From positions 76,148 to 140,147 of the forward strand of contig JBJKZP010000008.1 in assembly GCA_045560235.1 (NCBI GenBank): a stretch of DNA of 64,000 nt. The letters are read 5' to 3'. This stretch comes from Fidelibacterota bacterium. Lineage in GTDB: Bacteria > Fidelibacterota > Marinisomatia > Marinisomatales > Marinisomataceae. Positions 19,135 through 30,390 of the stretch are shown piece after piece. The position numbers and the translations under genes are program-made. Position 1 is the first letter of the stretch. Each line of letters opens with the position of its first letter. The notes under the pieces were generated by a model, which did no database searches, was not told the DNA's origin, and was given only the letters and a program-made list of their open reading frames with translations.

Positions 19135-21948
19135 ATGAAAAATAAACTAAAAATACGAGGAGCAAGACAACACAATCTTCGAGATGTTGATGTTGATATA
19201 GATAAAAATAAACTTGTAGTTATTACCGGCCCATCTGGTTCCGGAAAATCTTCTTTAGCCTTTGATACAATATATGCAGAAGGCCAAAGAAGATATGTGG
19301 AGTCTTTATCTGCATATGCTAGACAATTCTTGGATCTCATGGAAAAACCTGATGTAGATACAATTGAAGGTCTCTCGCCTGCAATTTCAATTGAGCAAAA
19401 AACAGGTTCAAGAAATCCGAGATCAACTGTTGGAACAATAACTGAAATACATGATTATCTTAGGCTTCTTTATGCAAGCATTGGTCAGCCACACTGCTGG
19501 GAATGTTCAAGGGAAATTTCTAGACAATCTCCCGAGCAAATAGTAGAACAAATTTTAAAGCTCCATAAAAATGAAAAAGCATATATTTTATCTCCAGTTG
19601 TTCAGGGAAGAAAAGGTGAACATAAAACAGTATTTGAAGATATAAAAAAGAAAGGATTTTTGAGAGCAAGAGTTGATAATAAAATTATTTCATTAAGAAA
19701 AACTCCTACACTTGAAAAAAATAAAAATCATGATATTGATGTTCTAATTGATAGAGTTGTTTTAGAAAAATCAATCCAGTCTAGGTTATTAGAGTCTGTA
19801 GAGCTTGCTCTTAAAATGGGGAACGGGATATGTATTATAAATATTAATAAAAATGAAGACTATTCATTTAGTGAGCATTTTGCGTGTGCATATCATCCTT
19901 ATGTTATGATGACAGACTTAACCCCAAGAATGTTTTCGTTTAATTCTCCATATGGGGCTTGCCAACAGTGTGATGGGCTTGGTTTTATTACAGAAATTGA
20001 CCCAAACCTGGTTGTTCCAGATGTAAGAAAAACGCTAATTCAAGAAGCAATTAAGCCTATAGGAAGTCAGCCTAAAGGTTTTCATGGAAGCAAGCTTAGA
20101 GCTTTGGCAAGAGAATTTGATTTATCCTTTTCTAAACCTTGGAATAAGCTTTCAAAAGAGGTGAGAAAAATTTTATTATTTGGATTAAGTGGGAAAAAAA
20201 TTGATATCGATATTAAGAATAAAAAATGGAAGGGGACATATTCTGGTAAATGGGAAGGGATAATTCCTGAATTACAAAGAAGGTATAAGCAAACACAATC
20301 CTATGGAATTAGAAGATGGATTGAAGGATTTATGAGTACACGAACGTGTGATGGATGTAAGGGTAAAAGATTAAAAGACTCCTCTCTTAATGTAAAGATA
20401 GGGTCTACAAACATAGGAGACCTATGTTCAAAAAATATTGCAGAAACGTTAACGTTCTTTGAAAAAATTGAACTTAGTAAAAACCAGCAGGACATTGCTG
20501 GAGGTATCCTTAAAGAAATTAAAAAAAGACTAAACTTTTTAATTAATGTAGGGTTGAACTATTTAACGCTCGATCGTGCTTCAAGAACATTATCTGGAGG
20601 AGAGGCACAAAGAATTAGACTTGCATCACAGGTAGGATCTCAACTAACTGGAGTTCTTTATGTGCTGGATGAGCCATCAATTGGTTTACACCCAAGAGAC
20701 AATGACAGGCTTTTACAAACCCTAAAGTCTTTAAAAGATATTGGGAACACTGTTATAGTTGTTGAGCATGACCTTGATACAATTGAGTCAGCGGATCAAA
20801 TTATTGATATGGGGCCTAAAGCGGGGGCCCTTGGAGGCGAAGTAGTGTTCTCTGGAAAATTAAAAGAAATTATAAAGAATAAAAAAAGCCTTACAGGAAA
20901 ATACCTTTCTGGCTTGAAGAGTATTCCGCTTCCAAACTACAGAACAACAACTTTTGACCATTTTACTATTTTGGGCGCAAGCGGAAATAATCTCAAAAAT
21001 ATTGATGTTAGTTTTCCTTACGAAAGGCTAGTAGCCATAACAGGGGTGTCCGGAAGCGGAAAAAGCTCTTTGATAAATCAGACCCTGTACCCCGCACTGT
21101 CAAATATGGTTAACTATGGTGTTAGAGAGATGCTTCCTTTTAAAAATCTCACAAGAATAGACAAGATTGAAAGAGTTATCAATGTTGATCAAAAACCTAT
21201 TGGTAAAACCCCCCGATCAAATCCTGCTACCTATACAGGAATCTTTACGCATGTTAGAGATCTTTTTGCTCAAACCAGAGAGGCAAAACTAAGAGGATAT
21301 AAAATTGGAAGATTTTCTTTTAACGTTAAGGGCGGTAGGTGTGAAGCATGTCAGGGAGCTGGTATTATTAAAATTGAAATGAATTTTCTTCCAGATGTTT
21401 ATGTAAACTGCGACGACTGCAACGGGAAAAGATATAACAAAGAAACGCTCCAGATTGAATATAAAAATAAAAACATCGACGACATTTTAAACATGTCAGT
21501 AGATGACGCAAAGCTTTTTTTTCAAAACATACAACCAATTAAAAAACGGTTGGACACTTTACATGATGTAGGGCTGGGGTATATTAAGCTTGGCCAACAA
21601 GCAACAACCTTATCTGGAGGTGAAGCACAAAGAATAAAACTATCTACAGAGCTATCAAAAACAAGCACTAAAAACACAGTTTACTTTTTAGATGAGCCTA
21701 CTACAGGGTTGCACGTTGATGATATTCAAATGTTGTTATCGGTGCTACAAAAATTAGTAGACCAAGGAAACACCATTATAGTAATTGAGCACAACCTCGA
21801 TGTTATAAAATGTGCAGACTGGGTGATAGACTTAGGGCCAGAAGGAGGAGAGGGCGGCGGAACAGTTATAGCTCAAGGAACAGTTGAAGAAGTTTCTAGA
21901 GAACCAAAGTCAGTCACAGGTAAGTTCCTTAAAAAAGTTCTAAAATAA
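19135..21948 (+). CDS. uvrA: Excinuclease ABC subunit A
   Basis: 937 aa. Two ABC modules (GPSGSGKSSLAFDT, GVSGSGKSSLIN, 2x LSGGEAQRI) and zinc modules (CQQCDGLG, CEACQGAG...CDDCNG). Confidence 0.97.
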   Translation: MKNKLKIRGARQHNLRDVDVDIDKNKLVVITGPSGSGKSSLAFDTIYAEGQRRYVESLSAYARQFLDLMEKPDVDTIEGLSPAISIEQKTGSRNPRSTVGTITEIHDYLRLLYASIGQPHCWECSREISRQSPEQIVEQILKLHKNEKAYILSPVVQGRKGEHKTVFEDIKKKGFLRARVDNKIISLRKTPTLEKNKNHDIDVLIDRVVLEKSIQSRLLESVELALKMGNGICIININKNEDYSFSEHFACAYHPYVMMTDLTPRMFSFNSPYGACQQCDGLGFITEIDPNLVVPDVRKTLIQEAIKPIGSQPKGFHGSKLRALAREFDLSFSKPWNKLSKEVRKILLFGLSGKKIDIDIKNKKWKGTYSGKWEGIIPELQRRYKQTQSYGIRRWIEGFMSTRTCDGCKGKRLKDSSLNVKIGSTNIGDLCSKNIAETLTFFEKIELSKNQQDIAGGILKEIKKRLNFLINVGLNYLTLDRASRTLSGGEAQRIRLASQVGSQLTGVLYVLDEPSIGLHPRDNDRLLQTLKSLKDIGNTVIVVEHDLDTIESADQIIDMGPKAGALGGEVVFSGKLKEIIKNKKSLTGKYLSGLKSIPLPNYRTTTFDHFTILGASGNNLKNIDVSFPYERLVAITGVSGSGKSSLINQTLYPALSNMVNYGVREMLPFKNLTRIDKIERVINVDQKPIGKTPRSNPATYTGIFTHVRDLFAQTREAKLRGYKIGRFSFNVKGGRCEACQGAGIIKIEMNFLPDVYVNCDDCNGKRYNKETLQIEYKNKNIDDILNMSVDDAKLFFQNIQPIKKRLDTLHDVGLGYIKLGQQATTLSGGEAQRIKLSTELSKTSTKNTVYFLDEPTTGLHVDDIQMLLSVLQKLVDQGNTIIVIEHNLDVIKCADWVIDLGPEGGEGGGTVIAQGTVEEVSREPKSVTGKFLKKVLK

Positions 21949-21989
21949 TTTTTTGGATAACGGTGATTCCCTCTTTATCTTAGTGTATC

Positions 21990-23003
21990 GTGAGCGATGA
22001 ACAAAAAATAGTCATTTCTTCAAATGAAGAGAAAAACTTTGACAAACAAATCAGACCAAACTTATTTGATGACTTTATAGGTCAAAACAAAATAGTAGAG
22101 TCTTTGAAGACCTATATAACCGCAGCTAAACAGAGAGAAGATGCATTAGACCATATATTGTTATATGGCCCCCCAGGCCTAGGGAAAACAACTTTATCGA
22201 ATATAATATCTACTGAATTAGACAGAGGGTTTTTGTCAACTTCTGGCCCAGTTATTTCTATCCCCGGAGATTTGTCGGGCATGTTAACAAATCTACAAGA
22301 TAGAGATGTATTTTTTATAGATGAAATACATAGAGTAAATACTACTGTAGAGGAATATCTTTATTCAGCAATGGAAGATTACAAAATAGATATATTGATA
22401 GATTCAGGACCAAACGCCAGAACTGTGAGAATAGATCTTGAGCCTTTTACTTTAGTAGGGGCCACGACAAGACTTGGGAATATATCGACACCAATGAGAG
22501 ACAGATTTGGTGCCATTTTTAGATTAGATTTTTATAAAAAAGAAGAAATTTTCGAAATCTTGAAAAGAACAGCATCTATATTAAAAATAAAAATTAACGA
22601 TGAAGCCCTAATAGAAATTGCTGGACGATCTAGGGGAACACCAAGAATTGCAAATAGAGTGTTAAGAAGGGTTAGAGACTTTGCTCAAGTCAAAAACCTT
22701 AAAGAAATAAGACTTGATGACGCTAAAAGCTTTCTTAATAGTATAGGTATTGATAAAAATGGTCTTGAAAATATGGATCGAAAAATCTTAAAAAATTTAA
22801 TTGTTAATTATGATGGAGGACCAACAGGGGGAAAATCATTAGCAATATCAATTAATGAAGATATACAAACAATCGAGGATGTATATGAACCGTATTTAAT
22901 TAAAAAAGGATTTATTGAAAGAACTTCTAGGGGGAGAGTCGCAACAGACAGAGCCTATAGACTATTTGGTATGAATAAGTCAAGAAACAAGGAGCAAACA
23001 TGA
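21990..23003 (+). CDS. ruvB: Holliday junction branch-migration helicase RuvB
   Basis: 337 aa, GTG start. LRP..FDDFIGQ, GPPGLGKTTL, FIDEIHR, RGTPRIANR. Confidence 0.96.
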   Translation: MSDEQKIVISSNEEKNFDKQIRPNLFDDFIGQNKIVESLKTYITAAKQREDALDHILLYGPPGLGKTTLSNIISTELDRGFLSTSGPVISIPGDLSGMLTNLQDRDVFFIDEIHRVNTTVEEYLYSAMEDYKIDILIDSGPNARTVRIDLEPFTLVGATTRLGNISTPMRDRFGAIFRLDFYKKEEIFEILKRTASILKIKINDEALIEIAGRSRGTPRIANRVLRRVRDFAQVKNLKEIRLDDAKSFLNSIGIDKNGLENMDRKILKNLIVNYDGGPTGGKSLAISINEDIQTIEDVYEPYLIKKGFIERTSRGRVATDRAYRLFGMNKSRNKEQT

Positions 23004-24052
23004 TAGGAAAAAAGAAAAAATATAAATTAACTGATTTTAGGTACCAGCTTCCTAAAAAATATATTGCACAAAAACCAAAACAGAAAAGAGATGGATCAAA
23101 AATGATGGTCTTAAACAGAGAAAATAACTCTATAAAGCATAAAAAATTTTCTGATATCACAAGCTATTTTCAAAAGAACGACCTTTTAATTTTAAACAAC
23201 ACCAAAGTGTTTCCAGCAAAACTTTTTGCCACAAAGGATAGGACAGATGCAAGGGTAGAGATATTTTTATTGAGAGAGTTGGGAGATAGATTATGGGAGG
23301 TTCTTGTCAAACCAGCACGAAAAGTTAGAATAGGAAATAAACTTATTTTATCTAATGGTTTATTTTGTGATGTAATTGATAATACCGTGTCAGGAGGAAG
23401 AGTAGTCAGATTTGAATTTGATAAAGGAAATATTGATGATATTTTAGATAAGTTGGGACATCCGCCATTACCACCATATATTGAAAGACCTGCTACAAAA
23501 TCTGATAAAGAAAGATATCAAACAGTATATGCAGAGAAAAGAGGAGCAGTTGCAGCCCCTATTGCAGGACTGCATTTTACACCAGAGATTATAAAAAAAC
23601 TGAAAAAGAAAGGCGTTAATATCCATTACATTACACTTCATATTGGGTTAGGAACATTTAAACCTGTTCAGGTTGAAGATTTAAATCGCCACCATATGGA
23701 TTCAGAATATTTTGAAGTCTCTCCAGGAACAGCTTTAGCTATTAATGAGGCAAAAAGAAAGAGACGTAGAATATTTGCAGTAGGAACTTCAACAGTAAGA
23801 GCGCTTGAAACAGTTAACGTTTCAGGATTTCAAATATCACCAAAAAAGGGCTGGACTAATAAGTTTATACACCCACCACATGAATTTAAAATTGTTGATG
23901 GGCTGATTACTAATTTTCATCAACCAGAAAGCACTTTATTAATGCTGACATCTGCGTTTGGTGGATATAAGTTCATAAAAGATTCATACAAAGAAGCAAA
24001 AAAGAAAAATTATAGATTTCTTAGCTATGGTGATTCTATGTTGATTGTGTAA
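23000..24052 (+). CDS. queA: S-adenosylmethionine:tRNA ribosyltransferase-isomerase
   Basis: 350 aa. DFRYQLPKKYIAQKP, PLPPYI, AAPIAGLHFT, GTSTVRALE, TNFHQPESTLLML. AAGGAG RBS; the ATG overlaps the ruvB stop. Confidence 0.95.
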   Translation: MIGKKKKYKLTDFRYQLPKKYIAQKPKQKRDGSKMMVLNRENNSIKHKKFSDITSYFQKNDLLILNNTKVFPAKLFATKDRTDARVEIFLLRELGDRLWEVLVKPARKVRIGNKLILSNGLFCDVIDNTVSGGRVVRFEFDKGNIDDILDKLGHPPLPPYIERPATKSDKERYQTVYAEKRGAVAAPIAGLHFTPEIIKKLKKKGVNIHYITLHIGLGTFKPVQVEDLNRHHMDSEYFEVSPGTALAINEAKRKRRRIFAVGTSTVRALETVNVSGFQISPKKGWTNKFIHPPHEFKIVDGLITNFHQPESTLLMLTSAFGGYKFIKDSYKEAKKKNYRFLSYGDSMLIV

Positions 24053-24056
24053 TTTG

Positions 24057-25196
24057 ATGGAAAATATAGCAATTATAGTTGGAGCTGGATCTGGAGAAAG
24101 ATTTGGCTCATTTAAACAGTTGGAGCTAATTCATGGTAAGCCCGCTTATAAACACTCTCTTGATGTATTTGTAGCCTTAGGAATATTCTCTGAGGTTTTT
24201 TTAGTTCTTCACAGCAAATTAATTGATACAGTAAAAAAAGAAATTGAAAGTGAAGAATATAAGAATGTTGTTATTTGCGAAGGAGGGGAGTCAAGATCTG
24301 AATCTGTTTATAAGGCCTTTAATAAAATAAAAAATAAAAATTCCAAGGTTTTCATCCACGACGCAGCAAGACCGCTAATAAATAGTGAAGTACTAATGAG
24401 TTTAAAAAATTTTTCTAAAAAAAATAAAGCAGTAGTCCTTGGGAAAAAAATAAATGATACAGTACGATTTGTTAAAAATAATTGCTCAAAATATACAGTA
24501 GATAGAACCAGTTTGTGGACAGCAGAAACACCACAAGTATTTGATTATGAAATTTTAAATAATAGTTATGATATAAATATTAAAAACATAAATCAATTTA
24601 CAGATGAAGCTGCTATGGTAGAAAATAATGGGTATAAAGTTCAAATGCTTGAGAGCAAAAAGTTAAATATAAAACTAACAAGCAAAGCAGATTTACAAAT
24701 CATATCAAAAGCAATGGAAGGAGAAACTTTATCGGGAATAGGGATAGATTTTCACACTCTTGTTCAAGGCGCAGGGATTATTGTTGGGGGCCATAAAATC
24801 GATTGCAAGTTTAAATCAGAAGCACATTCCGACGGAGATGTATTAACGCATGCAATTATAGATGCGCTTTGCGGGGCTTTAAACATTGGCGATATTGGCC
24901 AACATTTCCCTAATACAGATGAGTTTTTAGATATATCCAGTATTGAGCTATTAAAAAGAATTGTTAATTTAATCCCAAATAATATTTCAATAATAAATAT
25001 TGATGCATCTGTTGTTTTGAATGAACCCAAAATAGCCCCCCATAAAGATAAAATTGTTCAATCTCTAAGCTCAGCGCTTGGCATTCCAAGTAAATTGATA
25101 TCTATAAAAGGAACTACGCGCAATGGGCTGAATTATATTGATATGTCTAATGGGTGGGGCGCTGAAGTAATAATTGTTATAAAAAAATGGATATAA
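24057..25196 (+). CDS. ispDF: Bifunctional MEP cytidylyltransferase / MEcPP synthase
   Basis: ORF 24045..25196 opens with TTG; the first ATG is at 24057. IspD N-half (IIVGAGSGERFG) and IspF C-half (GIGIDFH...HSDGDVLTHAIIDALCGA). Confidence 0.9.
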   Translation: MENIAIIVGAGSGERFGSFKQLELIHGKPAYKHSLDVFVALGIFSEVFLVLHSKLIDTVKKEIESEEYKNVVICEGGESRSESVYKAFNKIKNKNSKVFIHDAARPLINSEVLMSLKNFSKKNKAVVLGKKINDTVRFVKNNCSKYTVDRTSLWTAETPQVFDYEILNNSYDINIKNINQFTDEAAMVENNGYKVQMLESKKLNIKLTSKADLQIISKAMEGETLSGIGIDFHTLVQGAGIIVGGHKIDCKFKSEAHSDGDVLTHAIIDALCGALNIGDIGQHFPNTDEFLDISSIELLKRIVNLIPNNISIINIDASVVLNEPKIAPHKDKIVQSLSSALGIPSKLISIKGTTRNGLNYIDMSNGWGAEVIIVIKKWI

Positions 25197-26026
25197 AATC
25201 ATACGCCAAAATAAATTTAGGGTTACATGTTCATGATAAGCGTAAAGATGGATTTCATAATCTTACAACAGTCTTTCAAGAGATCAATTTATGTGATAGT
25301 ATAAAAATAAGAGAAGCAGAATTTTTTTCTTGTAGAACAAATCTTTCATCAATAAAAGAAAAAGAAAATTTTTGCACCATTGCATATACGTTACTTAAAA
25401 AAAAATTTCCCGATATCCCAAATGTTGAAATTTCAATTTCAAAGAACATACCAATTAATGCTGGATTGGGGGGAGGATCAAGTAATGGCGCTGCAGTAAT
25501 TAAAGGAATTAATTCATTATTTAATCTTTCTTTAACTAGTGAAGAAATGCACGAAATAGCAAGCAAGGTTAGTTCAGATTCATCTTTTTTTATAAATGGC
25601 GGCATTCAAATTGGAACAAAAAGAGGAGATGTTTTAAAAAAAATTTCTAAAATATCTATTCCAAAACACTTTTTACTGGTAAAGCCAAAAATTAAAATAA
25701 AAACAAAAGAAGCTTTTTTGGATTTAAAAAACCATTTGTTAAATGAAAATCCACACATTAACTTGTCGCGAATATTAAAAGAATTAAAAATTAATAATTT
25801 TAATTCTAAGTTATTTAAAAATGATTTTGAGATGTATGTTTTTAAAACACATCCAGAAATTGGCGGCATAAAATTAAAAATTTTGGATTTAGGTGCTATA
25901 TATGCCAGTTTGTCGGGTACGGGTTCGACTGTGTTTGGGATATTTCCTTCTAAAGCTGCTGCGCTAAAAGCAGAAGCTTTCTTCAGTCCTCGTTACTCTA
26001 CTTACTATGTAAATCCAATTATATAA
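25187..26026 (+). CDS. ispE: 4-diphosphocytidyl-2-C-methyl-D-erythritol kinase
   Basis: 279 aa. AKINLGLHV, GHMP-kinase motif PINAGLGGGSSNGAA, SGTGSTVFG. Confidence 0.88.
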   Translation: MDIKSYAKINLGLHVHDKRKDGFHNLTTVFQEINLCDSIKIREAEFFSCRTNLSSIKEKENFCTIAYTLLKKKFPDIPNVEISISKNIPINAGLGGGSSNGAAVIKGINSLFNLSLTSEEMHEIASKVSSDSSFFINGGIQIGTKRGDVLKKISKISIPKHFLLVKPKIKIKTKEAFLDLKNHLLNENPHINLSRILKELKINNFNSKLFKNDFEMYVFKTHPEIGGIKLKILDLGAIYASLSGTGSTVFGIFPSKAAALKAEAFFSPRYSTYYVNPII

Positions 26027-26028
26027 TT

Positions 26029-26100
26029 TGGGGAGTCGTCTAATTGGCAGGACACCTGGTTTTGGTCCAGGCAGTCGGGGTTCGAGTCCCTGCTCCCCAA
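26029..26100 (+). tRNA. tRNA-Gln (anticodon UUG)
   Basis: Hand-folded 72-nt cloverleaf. Acceptor TGGGGAG/CTCCCCA, D-loop with GG, anticodon stem CCTGG/CCAGG with loop TTTTGGT (TTG at 26062-26064), T-arm CGGGG-TTCGAGT-CCCTG. CCA is not encoded. Confidence 0.9.
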
Positions 26101-26107
26101 CAATAAT

Positions 26108-27067
26108 ATGGGTAAATACGTAAAAAAAATATTTGCGGGATCAAGCAATCCTGTGCTTGCAAAAAAAATTGCACATGAGTGTGGTATGTCTATTGGAAAT
26201 CTTTCTATAAAACGTTTTAGCGATGGAGAGTTGTGGGTAAAGTATGAAGAAAATCTAAGAGGAAATGATATTTACCTCGTTCAATCTACTAATCCACCTG
26301 CAGATAATGTCTTAGAATTAGCACTGCTTATAGACGCCGCCAAGAGAGCTAGTGCACAGAGAATTAATGTGATTATGCCATATTTTGGGTATTCAAGGCA
26401 GGATAGAAAAGACGAGCCAAGAGTTCCTATATCCGCTAAGGTGATGATGGACATTTTTATAAAAGCTGGAGCAGATAGAATCGTTACAATGGATTTACAC
26501 TCAACACAAATCCAAGGTTTTTCTTCAAAGCCTGTAGATAATATTTATGGTAGCTTGGTTTTAATGCCAGAGCTCGAAAAACATTTTAATGAGCTGTCTG
26601 GCAACGATAACCTTACTGTGTTAGTACCAGATATGGGATCAAGCAAGCTTGGACAGTCTTATGCCAAAAGATTGGGAATGAGCTTTGCTTTAATTGATAA
26701 AAGAAGAAGCTCACATAATCAATCTGAAGTTGTATCTGTTGTAGGTGAATTGGAAAACCAACATATTTTAATTATTGATGACATGATTGATACTGCGGGG
26801 ACTATATCAAATGCTGCTAGTGTAGCAAAGCAAAAGGGCGCACTTACTGTTACAGTTGCTGCCACACACGGTATTTTATCTGGCGATGCAATAAAAAAAT
26901 TATCAGATGACACTATAGATTCAATTTTCTTAACAGATACAATAGATATAAACATAAAAAATTTAAGTAAACTAAAAATTATTTCTTCTGCAAAAATTTT
27001 TGCAGAAACAATTAACAGGATTCATAATGGTGAATCAGTAAGTCAACTATTTAGGAAAGTAACATGA
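26108..27067 (+). CDS. prs: Ribose-phosphate pyrophosphokinase
   Basis: 319 aa. KRFSDGE, YFGYSRQDRK, DLHS.QIQGF, PRPP loop IIDDMIDTAGT. Confidence 0.95.
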   Translation: MGKYVKKIFAGSSNPVLAKKIAHECGMSIGNLSIKRFSDGELWVKYEENLRGNDIYLVQSTNPPADNVLELALLIDAAKRASAQRINVIMPYFGYSRQDRKDEPRVPISAKVMMDIFIKAGADRIVTMDLHSTQIQGFSSKPVDNIYGSLVLMPELEKHFNELSGNDNLTVLVPDMGSSKLGQSYAKRLGMSFALIDKRRSSHNQSEVVSVVGELENQHILIIDDMIDTAGTISNAASVAKQKGALTVTVAATHGILSGDAIKKLSDDTIDSIFLTDTIDINIKNLSKLKIISSAKIFAETINRIHNGESVSQLFRKVT

Positions 27068-27756
27068 GCAAATTTGAAAAATTAAATGTAGATATTAGAA
27101 AAGAACACGGCACATCAGCAGCCCGAAGAACTAGGTTGCAAAATCAAGTACCAGCCGTTGTTTATCATTCAGGGGTAGAGGCCACACCTCTTTCTGTAGA
27201 TAAAATAAGTTTAAATAAAGCGCTAAGAACAGGTCAAATGATCTTTGAGGTTAATGTTGAGGACAAAAATCAATTTGTTCTAGTAAAGGAAGTCCAATAT
27301 CATCCAGTTACTGATGAAATCATTCATATAGATTTTCAAAAAGTAAAAGAAGATGAGAAGATTTCTTTAGAAGTAGCTATTAGAAGCGCTGGAGAGTCTA
27401 AGGGAGTAAAGCTTGGCGGCCTTTTAGTTCAAATGCTAAACTCAGTTACTATTAAATGTAAACCAGCAGAGATCCCAGAGTTTCTTGAGATTGATGTAAC
27501 AGATATGGAAATGAACACAAACTTGTTTGTCAAAGATATTGCTTTACCAAGCGATGTTGAAATGATAACTGCCGAAGATATAGCAGTTATTTCTGTTCAA
27601 GAACCTAAAGAGGAAGCAGAAGAGGTAGACGATACAATAGATGATATTGATAGTGGCGCTGAAGATTCAGAGTCAGGTGATGTAGTTGCAGATTCTGAAG
27701 AAAAACCTTCGGAAGGCGCAGAAGAGTCCCCTGATAAATCAGGAGAAGAAGGATAA
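27064..27756 (+). CDS. rplY: 50S ribosomal protein L25 / general stress protein Ctc, with acidic tail
   Basis: 230 aa. N-terminal L25 pattern (R...GTSAARRTR..N.VPAVVY...PLSVD) and a two-domain Ctc form with a D/E-rich C-terminus. ATGA overlap with prs. Confidence 0.9.
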   Translation: MSKFEKLNVDIRKEHGTSAARRTRLQNQVPAVVYHSGVEATPLSVDKISLNKALRTGQMIFEVNVEDKNQFVLVKEVQYHPVTDEIIHIDFQKVKEDEKISLEVAIRSAGESKGVKLGGLLVQMLNSVTIKCKPAEIPEFLEIDVTDMEMNTNLFVKDIALPSDVEMITAEDIAVISVQEPKEEAEEVDDTIDDIDSGAEDSESGDVVADSEEKPSEGAEESPDKSGEEG

Positions 27757-28325
27757 TGATGATTTTTGTTGGTTTAGGCAATCACGAATTGAAATATCAT
27801 AATACCAAACACAATGTTGGGTATTGGGTATTAGATAGCTTTGCTAAACAACACGGTTTGGAATTTAAGCCAGGTAAAGGCAATTATTTTGTTGCTAAAA
27901 AAGGCTCTAGTTTCATGCTAATTAAACCAACAACTGGCATGAATAATAGCGGGGTCATAATCAATGAAGTTTTAAATTTTTATAAAGCAAAAAAAGAAGA
28001 CCTAGTTATCATTTTTGATGACGTCGATCTTCCTTTGGGTGAAATAAGATTTAAAACGGATGGAGGCGATGGATGTCACAATGGAATGAAGTCTATTATT
28101 AAATATTTATCAACAAATAATATCAAAAGATTAAAAGTTGGTATTGCCGCTTCAGACTATAAAAGACCATCAGAGAAGTATGTTTTAAAGCCTTTTCACA
28201 ATCGTTATCATGCTCTTGTTGAAGATGTATTATCTTTTTCAAGCAAAGCAATGACTTCATTATTAGAAAATGGCGAAGAATTCACAATGAATAATTTTAA
28301 TAATCAAACTATAGGAGTAGCATAG
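27756..28325 (+). CDS. pth: Peptidyl-tRNA hydrolase
   Basis: 189 aa. VGLGN....[33 protein letters not shown]. Confidence 0.92.
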   Translation: MMIFVGLGNHELKYHNTKHNVGYWVLDSFAKQHGLEFKPGKGNYFVAKKGSSFMLIKPTTGMNNSGVIINEVLNFYKAKKEDLVIIFDDVDLPLGEIRFKTDGGDGCHNGMKSIIKYLSTNNIKRLKVGIAASDYKRPSEKYVLKPFHNRYHALVEDVLSFSSKAMTSLLENGEEFTMNNFNNQTIGVA

Positions 28326-30379
28326 TGGAAAGTCTATATTATTTAATACCATTGTCAGGAGTTTTGGCAGTTGTATTTGGATTAATGAGAAGTAACTGGA
28401 TTTCAAAACAAAATCCAGGAAATGAAAAAATGCAAGAAATTGGTTTAGCGATTCGAGAAGGAGCGACAGCTTTTCTTGTTAGAGAGTATAAAGTATTAAC
28501 TGTGTTTGTTTTAACTGTAGCCGCACTATTGTATTGGGTTAATATGTCATCAAACACTACAGAGGTTGCTTTATCTTTTATTGTTGGAGCAATTTGTAGC
28601 GGTTTAGCTGGAGCTTTAGGCATGAGAGTTGCTACGTTAGCTAACCATAGAACCACAGAAGCCGCAAGAACCAGTTTAAGTAAGGCATTAAGCGTTTCTT
28701 TTAATGGTGGAGTTGTAATGGGAATGAATGTTGTTGGCCTAGGAATCCTAGGTCTTTCGTCATTATTTTTCTTGTATGGAGGGCTTGATGCAACACCAGA
28801 CTTCTCACTAGTTATGACAAAGGTTTCTGGTTTTGCTATGGGAGCCTCATCTATTGCTTTATTTGCACGCGTTGGTGGAGGAATTTATACTAAAGCAGCA
28901 GATGTTGGAGCAGACTTAGTAGGTAAAGTAGAGGCAGGTATTCCAGAAGATGATCCTAGAAACCCCGCAACTATTGCTGATAACGTTGGTGATAATGTAG
29001 GCGATGTTGCTGGTATGGGAGCAGACCTATTTGAATCTTATGTTGGATCTATAATTGGTGCAATGGTATTAGCAGCAGCCGCAGGGTCTATGGAGTTGAT
29101 ATTTTTACCTTTATTTTTAGCAGCCGCAGGTATTATAGTTTCTATACTAGGAACATTTTTTGTTAAGACAAAAGAGGGTGGAAATCCACAAACCGCTCTT
29201 AACATTGGTATCTTTGGATCAGGCGCAGCGATGTTAGGAGTTAGTTATTGGATAATTAATAAATTTATTACTAGCTCAGTGAATCTTGGACTAAATAATG
29301 ATAATGTTGTAGCCAGCGATTTATTTGGTGCAACTGTTGTGGGTCTTACATCTGGTATTTTAATTGGATTACTCACAGAATATTATACTTCAGATCATCA
29401 AAAACCTTCACAGGCTATAGCAGAGGCAAGCGAGACAGGATCAGCAACAAATATTATTTCAGGTCTAGCTAATGGAATGTATTCAACAGCGTTGCCAGTA
29501 CTTGTAATTGCATTATCAATCTTAGGAGCATATCATTTTGCAAATCTTTATGGTATAGCTTTAGCTGCTTTAGGCATGCTATCAACACTTGGAATTCAGT
29601 TAGCAGTAGATGCATACGGACCAATTGCAGATAATGCGGGTGGTATAGCTGAAATGGCTGAACTACCTAAAGAGGTTAGAGAAAGAACTGATAAATTAGA
29701 TGCAGTAGGTAACACTACAGCAGCTATTGGTAAGGGTTTTGCAATTGGTTCTGCAGCTCTTACATCTCTCGCTTTGTTTGCTGCTTTCAGAGAAACAGTT
29801 AAAGCCAATACGGGCGTAGAGTTAGTATTAGATATTAGCGACCCAACAATTATGGCAGGGCTATTGATAGGCTCTTCTTTGCCATTTGTGTTTTCAGCGC
29901 TTGCAATGCAAGCAGTTGGAGACGCTGCTTTTGAAATGATTGAAGAAGTCAGAAGACAGTTTAGAGAAATCAAAGGACTTCTAGATGGTAAAGCAAAAGC
30001 AGATTATGCTAAATGTGTAGATATCGCGACTACTGCTGCTATCAATAAGATGGTTTTACCTGGAGCTCTAGCAATATTCACACCAATATTTTTTGGATTG
30101 ATTCTTAAGAATCCAACCATGTTAGGTGGAGTTTTAGCAGGAGTAACAGTCACAGGAGTATTGTTAGCAATCTTTATGTCAAACGCTGGAGGTTCATGGG
30201 ATAATGCCAAGAAATATATTGAATCTGGCGCACATGGCGGTAAAGGAGGTACAGCGCATAAAGCTGCTGTTGTAGGCGATACTGTAGGAGATCCATTTAA
30301 GGATACTGCAGGACCATCATTAAATATTTTAATTAAACTAATATCAGTGGTATCACTTGTTATTGCACCACTTTTATAA
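28325..30379 (+). CDS. hppA: Membrane-integral (K+-dependent type) ion-translocating pyrophosphatase
   Basis: 684 aa, about 16 TM helices, GTG start. [76 protein letters not shown]. Confidence 0.95.
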   Translation: MESLYYLIPLSGVLAVVFGLMRSNWISKQNPGNEKMQEIGLAIREGATAFLVREYKVLTVFVLTVAALLYWVNMSSNTTEVALSFIVGAICSGLAGALGMRVATLANHRTTEAARTSLSKALSVSFNGGVVMGMNVVGLGILGLSSLFFLYGGLDATPDFSLVMTKVSGFAMGASSIALFARVGGGIYTKAADVGADLVGKVEAGIPEDDPRNPATIADNVGDNVGDVAGMGADLFESYVGSIIGAMVLAAAAGSMELIFLPLFLAAAGIIVSILGTFFVKTKEGGNPQTALNIGIFGSGAAMLGVSYWIINKFITSSVNLGLNNDNVVASDLFGATVVGLTSGILIGLLTEYYTSDHQKPSQAIAEASETGSATNIISGLANGMYSTALPVLVIALSILGAYHFANLYGIALAALGMLSTLGIQLAVDAYGPIADNAGGIAEMAELPKEVRERTDKLDAVGNTTAAIGKGFAIGSAALTSLALFAAFRETVKANTGVELVLDISDPTIMAGLLIGSSLPFVFSALAMQAVGDAAFEMIEEVRRQFREIKGLLDGKAKADYAKCVDIATTAAINKMVLPGALAIFTPIFFGLILKNPTMLGGVLAGVTVTGVLLAIFMSNAGGSWDNAKKYIESGAHGGKGGTAHKAAVVGDTVGDPFKDTAGPSLNILIKLISVVSLVIAPLL

Positions 30380-30390
30380 TGGAGAAGTTT

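Noticed and set aside
27600-27756. Acidic D/E/S-rich tail of L25/Ctc as a tandem repeat
   Set aside because: It reflects compositional bias at the protein level. I found no exact nucleotide repeat unit.
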